Source: Candidatus Hermodarchaeota archaeon
Lineage (GTDB): Archaea; Asgardarchaeota; Heimdallarchaeia; Hodarchaeales; Hodarchaeaceae
Assembly (NCBI GenBank): GCA_048886185.1
Contig: JBHLKY010000009.1
Span: 60,001 to 92,000 of the forward strand
DNA: 32,000 nucleotides
Reading direction: 5' to 3'
A program made the translations under genes and the position numbers. Within the stretch, counting starts at the first letter, position 1, and every line of letters begins with the position of its first letter. Of the stretch, positions 18,048 through 25,874 are shown piece after piece. The notes beneath the pieces are model-generated. The model had not been told where the DNA came from. It saw only the letters and a program-made list of their open reading frames with translations, and did no database searches.

Positions 18048-18076
18048 GTCTTACAGATACATACGTTTTGTAACAA
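18048..18076. promoter_or_regulatory. Candidate NikR operator upstream of nikM/cbiM
   Basis: GTCTTAC-N15-GTAACAA with a perfect inner TTACA-N13-TGTAA. It lies just downstream (minus strand) of a TATAAAAA element near 18083-18090. Confidence 0.5.
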
Positions 18077-18368
18077 CTATTTTTATATTTTATCTACGAA
18101 TGCATGTAGAGAATCATTCTAGCATTATTTACTTTGATTCCCCCAAAAAATTTACACTCAATTCCATTCTCTAGATATTGTAATTGTTGTCAAATCGAAA
18201 AAGGGATAATAAAAAAAGAGAGAGATAAAGCTTATGTTTTTTCAGGAATAGCTCTTTCATTTCTATTTGGAATTTGATAAATAGATAGAGAAGAGCTGAT
18301 AATATAGGTAAAGAATACATAGTTCACTGGATTTTGTTATATATCGGTTTATCTCTAGAAGAAAGTTT

Positions 18369-18503
18369 TTATCCTCGCATCATCAGAATTGGGCACTTCT
18401 GTGGATCATTCAAGTCTAAACAAGGTTTTTGCATGCCTTTATAAAACTTCTGGCCAAGTTCCATACACTTTTGTTCTTTCTCATTGAAGTGGGGACAAAC
18501 CAT
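18369..18503 (-). CDS. 44-aa four-Cys small protein
   Basis: AGGAG RBS 8 nt before ATG 18503: MVCPHFNEKEQKCMELGQKFYKGMQKPCLDLNDPQKCPILMMRG*. The track gives a longer 62-aa version. Confidence 0.5.
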   Translation of the reverse strand: MVCPHFNEKEQKCMELGQKFYKGMQKPCLDLNDPQKCPILMMRG

Positions 18504-18655
18504 GAAATCATCTCCTATTCTTACATTTTGAAATAGATAAACTTCAGTAATAGTCATTTCTCGACTTCTTATTTATTAAACATTGCTAATGTTCGTAACT
18601 TAATGAGAAATTAATAAAAAAAAATACTCAGTCAAAAAGTTAAAGGTGTTCTCAC

Positions 18656-19525
18656 TTGTGTAAATGGTGTCTTAAACATGGTGCTGGTGGGAAATGGTAC
18701 CTTAATGCTCAGAATTATTTAAAGGAGACATCTAAGGATTATAATGATTCTCGTGAATATTTAGAAGTTCTTTGGGGAAATCTTGAACGAATCTATTTGG
18801 GTAAAACCTATGGAATGTCTATTAACAACATGATATCCTATCGTCTTAAGTTACCAATTATCGGTAGGATGATCAGATGGGTGGTCAATAAAAAGATCGA
18901 GAAAGAAAAAAATCCTAATCCTCAAATTGCAGAAGGACACTTTGGTCAGGTTATTCCCCTAGAAGAAGCTAAAATCATCGTATCTGATCTAGCAGATGTT
19001 AATGCGAAAGTTATATGTCCTTGCCGATATATGCACCGTGGAATTAGAATTGATAATTGTTTAGGGTTCAGTGCTCTCGCAGAAGTGTTTCCCAAGCTCC
19101 CTCGTTCAATTCCTGAAAATGGAATTGAGGTTTTAGATTCAGGTAAAGCTGAATCATTTTTAGATGAGATGAATCAGGAAGGCAAAGTACATGTAATTTG
19201 GTGGGGGCCAATTCCCTATATGGCTGCTTTGTGTTCTTGTGAATATCCCCAATGTATGGGTTTACGAACACGAATGGATTTTGATATCAATACCGTATAT
19301 AAAGGAGAATATATTGCCTTAATAGATCCCAACAAGTGCATTGGTTGCGGTAAATGTGTTACAAGATGCCAATTTGGAGCCATAAACTTTGGTTCATCTA
19401 TAAATAGACCAATAATTGATGCAAAAAGATGTTTTGGATGTGGATTATGCAAGGAAATATGTGAAGAACAAGCGATAAACCTAATTGATCGTGATGAAAT
19501 TCCAATTACAAAAGGGATGTATTGA
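18656..19525 (+). CDS. Fe-S protein with Cys-rich N-terminal domain and C-terminal 2x[4Fe-4S] ferredoxin
   Basis: CKWCLKHG, CPCR, CSCEYPQC, then CIGCGKCVTRCQF and CFGCGLCKEIC. AAGGTG RBS. Confidence 0.85.
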   Translation: MCKWCLKHGAGGKWYLNAQNYLKETSKDYNDSREYLEVLWGNLERIYLGKTYGMSINNMISYRLKLPIIGRMIRWVVNKKIEKEKNPNPQIAEGHFGQVIPLEEAKIIVSDLADVNAKVICPCRYMHRGIRIDNCLGFSALAEVFPKLPRSIPENGIEVLDSGKAESFLDEMNQEGKVHVIWWGPIPYMAALCSCEYPQCMGLRTRMDFDINTVYKGEYIALIDPNKCIGCGKCVTRCQFGAINFGSSINRPIIDAKRCFGCGLCKEICEEQAINLIDRDEIPITKGMY

Positions 19526-19749
19526 TGCGAAAAATAAAGATAGATATCGATTATTCAAAATGTGTTACTCCTGAAAATTGTAGAATGTGCATCAATGTTT
19601 GTCAACCAGTAGTTTTAATCCTCACTTTTTCCGACAGTGATTTTTATGATCCGAAAGATTGGAAAATAGTGCCTGTATTTCCCTCATTATGCATTAATTG
19701 TAAATTATGCGTTGATCAATGCCCCAAAGGTGCAATAAGCATTTTTTGA
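19522..19749 (+). CDS. 2x[4Fe-4S] ferredoxin
   Basis: CVTPENCRMCINVC and CINCKLCVDQCP. 4-nt overlap with the upstream gene. Confidence 0.85.
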   Translation: MMRKIKIDIDYSKCVTPENCRMCINVCQPVVLILTFSDSDFYDPKDWKIVPVFPSLCINCKLCVDQCPKGAISIF

Positions 19750-19879
19750 AAATCTATTAACGCTATCTTATTTTCTAATGACCCAAAAGTAAGTTGACCT
19801 TCTTCGATAAAATCTGCTTCCTTAAATGGAGTGGAATCAATAAATTTCTTGAAACTTTCCTCATCATAAAATTTAGAAT

Positions 19880-21097
19880 TCACTCCAACTTCAAACCACT
19901 TGTGCATTCTTTTGGTAATTCTTTATGTAATATCTTTGCTAATCTTTTCATTCCTTCAATTATTTTGGATTCAGTCATGTTTGAAAAGTTCAGGCGAATA
20001 GAGTTTTCATGACCACCATTGGGGTAAAAACATTCGCCTGGGACAAAAGCTACTTTTTCTTCCTGAGCTTTTTCCAACAGTTCCCGTCCATTAATATTTT
20101 TTGGAAATTCTAGCCATATAAAGAAACCACCTTCAGGGGTTGAAAATTTAACTTCTGGTGGGAAATGTTCTTTCATAATCTTGATCATTAGGTCCCTACG
20201 TTGTTTATATACTTGAGTTATTCTTTTAATATTAGCGTCGATATCAAATTCTTCTAGAAATAATGCAACTTCTCTTTGTGCTATTGTATTACATTGTAAA
20301 TCTGCGACTTCTTTTAGCATGACATATTTTTTTATTACTTCTCTATCTGCACATATCCAGCCTATTCTAAGCCCTGGACAAAGAATTTTAGAGAATGTCC
20401 CTAAAAAAACCACTCTACCTTCTGTATCAAAAGCTTTAATGGGAGGAATTCTCTCTCCTTCAAATCTGAGCTCTCCGTATGGGTTATCTTCTATAACAGG
20501 TAAATTAAATTTGTTAACTATATCTAAGAATTCTTTACGTCTTGTTTCTGACCAACTAATTCCTGTAGGATTTTGAAAATCAGGTGTTACATAAATCATT
20601 TTTGCTTTAGGTGTCTTAGCTAACACTCTCTTCAGTTCATTCAGAATCATCCCGTCATTATCTATTGGAATCTCAATAAATTGTGCCTGATATGACCTGA
20701 ATGCCCCTATTGCTCCCAAATAACTTGGTTTTTCACATATAACAACATCACCTGGATTTAAGAACAGTTTTCCACTGAAGTCTATCCCTTGTTGGGATCC
20801 ATTTATGATTAGAATGTTCTCTAGTGATGTTTTGACTCCTAGGTTTCGCATTCGTTCAGCTATTTTCTGTCGTAACGGAGGATAACCATCTGTTGGAACG
20901 TATTGTAGTGCTGATGCCCCATTTTCCTCTAAAACCTTAACTGAAATTTGTTTCAATTCTTCGACAGGAAATAATTCAGGGGCAGGTAATCCACCAGCAA
21001 ACGATATTATACCTGGTTTACCTATGAACTTGATGATTTCTCGTGTTTCTAAACCTTTTACTTGTTGCATGCGATCTGCATATTTTAATTTCATCAT
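19880..21097 (-). CDS. PLP-dependent class I aminotransferase (LysN/aromatic aminotransferase-like)
   Basis: ISFAGGLPAPELFP, GSQQGID, FQNPTG, EDNPYGEL, GTFSKILCPGLRIGW, GGFFIW, IRLNFS. ATG 21097 preferred. Confidence 0.9.
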   Translation of the reverse strand: MMKLKYADRMQQVKGLETREIIKFIGKPGIISFAGGLPAPELFPVEELKQISVKVLEENGASALQYVPTDGYPPLRQKIAERMRNLGVKTSLENILIINGSQQGIDFSGKLFLNPGDVVICEKPSYLGAIGAFRSYQAQFIEIPIDNDGMILNELKRVLAKTPKAKMIYVTPDFQNPTGISWSETRRKEFLDIVNKFNLPVIEDNPYGELRFEGERIPPIKAFDTEGRVVFLGTFSKILCPGLRIGWICADREVIKKYVMLKEVADLQCNTIAQREVALFLEEFDIDANIKRITQVYKQRRDLMIKIMKEHFPPEVKFSTPEGGFFIWLEFPKNINGRELLEKAQEEKVAFVPGECFYPNGGHENSIRLNFSNMTESKIIEGMKRLAKILHKELPKECTSGLKLE

Positions 21098-21381
21098 GAA
21101 GGCACCATAGAATGTTAGAACTAATTTTTTATGATAATTGTTAAATTTAAGCAAATTTAGTAAAAAATCACTTGTTTATTAAAAATTCCTTTTAATAATG
21201 GGCTGTATTGATCTCTTTGATATGCCTTTTTAGTTTAAGATTTAGTAGGTGGTTCTAAAAGCTCATTAATGATTGAATTTCTTCGCACTTTACGTAAGCC
21301 TCTAGGATAAAAACCAAATATATTCGTGAAACGATTCATAATAGGCTTTTTAATAAAAAAATTCAAAAAATGGTGTATCTT

Positions 21382-22575
21382 ATGGCTTTTGAGTTCGACG
21401 AAGAGCAAGAAATGTTCAGAGAAAGTGTAAGAGAATTTTGTGATAGGAAAATTGTCCCCCTTGGTCTCACAATAGAGGAAACCAAGGAGATTCCGAAGGA
21501 AATAAAGAAAGGTATGGCCGAGCTCGGTCTTCTTGCGTGTACAGCTTCCCCAGATTACGGAGGTTCTGGCTTGAATGCTGTAAGCGCAGGTGTTATAGCA
21601 GAAGAACTGGGTAGAGCGGATCCAACGGGCTCAATTCCCGTTTTCTATCTCGTTCAAGCATCTTGGGGTTTTTTACTAAACAAATATGGTACTGAAGAAG
21701 CTAAAAAAGAAATATTTCCAAAAGTAGTTAGTGGAGACTGGTTTCTTGGAATTGCTACGACTGAAGCAGATGCTGGTTCGGATGTCGTTGGTACTTCAAT
21801 GACAATAAAGAAAGTATCTGACGGATTTATTGTTAATGGTGAAAAGATGTATATCAGTGGGGTGCGGGAAGCTGCAACTGGTGGTGGTGGCCATGTTACA
21901 ATTGCACATCAGACACCAGAGCGTGGTAGTAGAGGTATGACAGTCTTCTATTTCCCCTTAACCGCTGAAGGAGTCACACCTACTTATATTTCAGACCTAG
22001 GTAGAGAGGGAATCTCTTGTGGTGGTTTTACTGCTGACAATGTGAAGATTCCCAGTCATTATATCATTGGAGAAGAAAATCGTGGTTTTAATATCATTCA
22101 TGAAGGCTATGAGTTTGCTAGAGCATTAATCGCAGTAATTTGTGCATCATCGGGTTTAAAATCCCTAGAAAATGGTATGAATTATATAAAAGAAAGAAAA
22201 GTCTTTGGAACTGCTATTGGAAAGTTTGAAGAAATTAATTTCAGATTAGCAGAGCACTATACAAGGCTTTGTGCTCTAAAAGATATGGGTTATAAGGCTT
22301 TATGGCTTATTGACAGAGAACAGGAAGGAAAAGCAGGTAGATTTGAAGTTAGTAAAGCTGTTGCCATGGCCAAAATGTTTGCCTCTGATTGGGCCTGTAA
22401 TGCAATAAATGATGTCATGCAGTGGCAAGGCGCATTCGGCTATTCAAGAGAATGCACTGATCAGGCTGCATGGAGAGCTGTCAGATCATTCGCGCTTGCA
22501 GAAGGATCTAGAGAAGTTATGAAAATGATTGTAGCCAGAGAACTCCTTGGTAAAGACTTTATCGCATATAAATGA
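21382..22575 (+). CDS. Acyl-CoA dehydrogenase
   Basis: TTEADAGSD, NGEKMYISG, ERKVFG, QWQGAFGY, EGSREVMK. ATG 21382 after GGTG. Confidence 0.9.
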   Translation: MAFEFDEEQEMFRESVREFCDRKIVPLGLTIEETKEIPKEIKKGMAELGLLACTASPDYGGSGLNAVSAGVIAEELGRADPTGSIPVFYLVQASWGFLLNKYGTEEAKKEIFPKVVSGDWFLGIATTEADAGSDVVGTSMTIKKVSDGFIVNGEKMYISGVREAATGGGGHVTIAHQTPERGSRGMTVFYFPLTAEGVTPTYISDLGREGISCGGFTADNVKIPSHYIIGEENRGFNIIHEGYEFARALIAVICASSGLKSLENGMNYIKERKVFGTAIGKFEEINFRLAEHYTRLCALKDMGYKALWLIDREQEGKAGRFEVSKAVAMAKMFASDWACNAINDVMQWQGAFGYSRECTDQAAWRAVRSFALAEGSREVMKMIVARELLGKDFIAYK

Positions 22576-22617
22576 AGTTCACTTTCCTTTACTCATAGTT
22601 TAAGAAAAAAACACAAC

Positions 22618-23412
22618 GTGATAATTGTGAGATTCATAGTTTGTGTAAAACAGGTTCCTGATACTACAGAGGTAAGAGTCGACCCTAAAACCAACACATT
22701 GATCAGAGAAGGGGTTCCATGCATATTAAATCCTTTCGATCAATTTGCGCTTGAAGAGGCAGTCAGAATAAAAAAAGAGGGGGATGAAATTGTTGTTATT
22801 TCGATGGGTCCTCCTCAAGCAAAAAAAGAGCTGATGAAATGTCTTGCATTAGGTGCTGACAAGGCAATATTGTTAAGTGATAGAGTCCTTGCAGGGGCAG
22901 ACACTTGGGCTACATCTTACACTCTTGCTCAGGCTGTCAAAAAGATTGGTGACTTCGATATAATATTTTGTGGATATCAAGCTATCGATGGAGATACAGC
23001 TCAAGTCGGGCCTGAACTTGCAGCGCAACTTGGAATACCTCAAATCACATATATTGAAAGTGTTGAAGAATTAAGCAAAAAAAAATTGATTGCAAAATCT
23101 CAAACAGATGATGGTTACAAAATAGTGGAAGTTAAACTTCCAGTTCTTTTGACAGGAATAACCCCATCTGGATTTATACCTAGAAGTCCACCATTACCTA
23201 ATATAATAAAAGCAAAGCAAAAACCGTTCTCCACTTGGAACGTAGAGGATCTTGGGGGTGAAAAAGACAAGTACGGTTTGGGGGGGTCATTGACACAGGT
23301 CATAAAAGTCTATGCTCCGCCCACACGCAAGAAAGGTGCTATAATAACTGATGAACCAAATGTTGCAGTTGAGAAATTGATGGAAAAGTTAACCGAAGAT
23401 AAGGTGATTTGA
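22618..23412 (+). CDS. etfB: Electron transfer flavoprotein beta subunit
   Basis: VCVKQVPD, NPFD, GADTWATS, QAIDGDTAQVGP. Confidence 0.94.
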   Translation: MIIVRFIVCVKQVPDTTEVRVDPKTNTLIREGVPCILNPFDQFALEEAVRIKKEGDEIVVISMGPPQAKKELMKCLALGADKAILLSDRVLAGADTWATSYTLAQAVKKIGDFDIIFCGYQAIDGDTAQVGPELAAQLGIPQITYIESVEELSKKKLIAKSQTDDGYKIVEVKLPVLLTGITPSGFIPRSPPLPNIIKAKQKPFSTWNVEDLGGEKDKYGLGGSLTQVIKVYAPPTRKKGAIITDEPNVAVEKLMEKLTEDKVI

Positions 23413-24599
23413 TGATAACTGTCAAGGAAGAACTTTGTAATCACTGTGGAAGCTGTGTTAAAGCATGCCCTTTCGGTGCTATAAAAATTATTAATCAAAT
23501 TACTGCCATTGGAGAAGAATGTACACTCTGTGGAGCTTGTGCTCAGGTTTGCAAACCCTGTGCTATAGAAATTGAAAAGAAAGAGATAAAAGATATTGAC
23601 TTTTCCCGCTACAAAGATATTTGGGTTTTTACTGAGATTAAAGACGAAAAAATAAGAAATGTAACATTTGAGTTACTTGGAAAAGCAAGAAAATTGGCAG
23701 ATGAACTAGAACAGGACGTTTGCGCGGTTATTCTTGGAAAAGATGTCAAAAAATTATGTAAAGATCTCTCTGTTTATGGTGCAGACAGAATATTCGTTGC
23801 TGAAGATGAAATTCTAAAGAATTACTACACAGATCCTTATACCTCTGTTCTTGTCGGATTGATATTGAAGTATAAACCAAATATTGTAATTTATCCAGCT
23901 ACAAAAATTGGTAGAGATTTAGCACCCAGGGTCGCTGCAACCTTGGAAGTGGGTCTTACAGCAGATTGTACTGGATTATCTATACAGAATGGAAGATTAC
24001 TTCAATCCAGACCTGCTTTCGGTGGTAACATAATGGCTGACATAATTTCTGTGACTAGACCTCAAATGGCTACGATTAGACCAAACGTGATGAAAAAGAG
24101 TCCTCCAAACTACGATAGAGTCACTGAAATCCTAGAGATACCTGTAAAAATAGATCTTAAGGGAATTAGAACAGTGATAAAAGAAGTTATCAGCACTAAA
24201 TCCTATGTTACAGTTCCACTTGATGAAGCAGAAATTATTGTCTCAGGTGGTAGAGGAGTTGGTAGTAAAGAGAATTTCAAAATCATTGAGGATCTAGCAA
24301 ATGTACTTAATGCATCAGTAGGAGCAAGTCGCTCTGCAGTTGATTTGGGCTGGAAACCAAAATCATTTCAGGTTGGACAAAGTGGGACTACAGTTTCTCC
24401 GAAAATATACATTGCGTGTGGCATAGCAGGGAAAATTCAGCATCTTGTCGGAATGTCTGGATCTGATACGATAATTGCAATAAATAAAGACCCGGAAGCT
24501 CCGATATTTAATGTGGCTGATTATGGTATTGTTGGTGATCTAAATAAAGTTGTACCACTATTGACAGAAGCATTAAGGAAGGAATTTGCTTCACGATGA
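23412..24599 (+). CDS. etfA: Electron transfer flavoprotein alpha subunit with N-terminal 2x[4Fe-4S] ferredoxin domain
   Basis: CNHCGSCVKACP, CTLCGACAQVC, then GLTADC, RPAFGG, SGGRG, GASRSAVD, QVGQSG, QHLVGM, INKDPEAPIF. Confidence 0.94.
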   Translation: MITVKEELCNHCGSCVKACPFGAIKIINQITAIGEECTLCGACAQVCKPCAIEIEKKEIKDIDFSRYKDIWVFTEIKDEKIRNVTFELLGKARKLADELEQDVCAVILGKDVKKLCKDLSVYGADRIFVAEDEILKNYYTDPYTSVLVGLILKYKPNIVIYPATKIGRDLAPRVAATLEVGLTADCTGLSIQNGRLLQSRPAFGGNIMADIISVTRPQMATIRPNVMKKSPPNYDRVTEILEIPVKIDLKGIRTVIKEVISTKSYVTVPLDEAEIIVSGGRGVGSKENFKIIEDLANVLNASVGASRSAVDLGWKPKSFQVGQSGTTVSPKIYIACGIAGKIQHLVGMSGSDTIIAINKDPEAPIFNVADYGIVGDLNKVVPLLTEALRKEFASR

Positions 24600-24660
24600 A
24601 ATCTTCTAGAAACATATTTTTCGAATTTAATCTAGTCAAATTAAATTGAGGTGGAACCTT

Positions 24661-25848
24661 ATGGATTTTGAATTATCTGATGAACATGAGATGCTAAGAT
24701 CGTCAGTTAGGGAATTTGTTGATCGTGAAATAATACCCAAGATTAAAGAATATGATAGAAATGAAGAATTTCTCCCCCCTCTGGATATAATGGGAAAGAT
24801 GGGGTTGTTAGGTATATGTTTTCCCGAAAAGTATGGAGGTGCGGGAATGGATTACCTCGCACTAGCAATAGCATGTGAAGAGCTTGAAAGAGGGGATATA
24901 TCACTCCGAACTGTCCTCTCTGTACACGTTGCTTTGACTTCCTGTACGATTTATCAATGGGGCAATACTAAACAAAAAGAAAAGTATTTCATACCTCAAA
25001 ATCATGGGAGAATGATTGGAACGACTGCAATGACTGAACCATCATGTGGCTCAGATGTGGCAAATGTTACAACCCGTGCAGAGAAACAAGGTAGCCATTA
25101 TATTGTTTCTGGTCAAAAAACTTGGATCTCTCTAGCTGATATCGCCGATAATTTTCTTGTTCTGGCACGAACGGGAGAATCTGGTTATAAGGGGCTTTCT
25201 TTATTTATTATTGAACGAGATTTTACTGGTGTAACCACTACTTCTTTGCATCATAAATTAGGGACTCGTGCAGGAAACACAGGAGAGCTTTTTCTCGAAA
25301 AAGTGGAAGTTCCTGAAGAAAATCTTCTTGGACATGAGGGTGAGGGTTTCAAGATTTGCATGTCAGCACTGGATAATGGTCGTTTTACTGTCGCTGCAGG
25401 TGCAGTAGGGACAATTAAAGCAGCTCTTGAATCGTCAGTAAAATATTGTCATGAAAGAAAGGCGTTTGGTCAAGAAATTGGGAGATTTCAGTTGATTCAA
25501 GAACATCTAGCTCATATGCAAGCTGCTTATGACGCTTCCCAATTATTAGTGTATAAAGTGGCATGGATGAAAAATCAAGGTAAACGAAATACACGTGAAA
25601 CAAGTATGGCAAAGTGGTTTGCCACCACCCATGCTCTTGATGCAGCCAATAGAGCTATTCAAATACACGGTGCATATGGGTATACCAGTGATTATCCCGT
25701 TGAAAGGTTATGGCGGAATGTACGGGGAGCTTGCATTTATGAAGGAACAAACGAGATTCAAAAGTTGATTCAAGGATCTTACATTATGGGGTATCGAAAG
25801 TATAGGCCTCTACGTTGCGAGATGCCTCCTTATGACCCATTAAGCTAA
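24661..25848 (+). CDS. Acyl-CoA dehydrogenase (glutaryl-CoA dehydrogenase-like by context)
   Basis: TEPSCGSD, GQKTWIS, IQIHGAYGY, YEGTNEIQ. GAGGTGG RBS. Substrate is inferred. Confidence 0.88.
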   Translation: MDFELSDEHEMLRSSVREFVDREIIPKIKEYDRNEEFLPPLDIMGKMGLLGICFPEKYGGAGMDYLALAIACEELERGDISLRTVLSVHVALTSCTIYQWGNTKQKEKYFIPQNHGRMIGTTAMTEPSCGSDVANVTTRAEKQGSHYIVSGQKTWISLADIADNFLVLARTGESGYKGLSLFIIERDFTGVTTTSLHHKLGTRAGNTGELFLEKVEVPEENLLGHEGEGFKICMSALDNGRFTVAAGAVGTIKAALESSVKYCHERKAFGQEIGRFQLIQEHLAHMQAAYDASQLLVYKVAWMKNQGKRNTRETSMAKWFATTHALDAANRAIQIHGAYGYTSDYPVERLWRNVRGACIYEGTNEIQKLIQGSYIMGYRKYRPLRCEMPPYDPLS

Positions 25849-25874
25849 AAGTTTGAATAATAACTAGTGATAAT

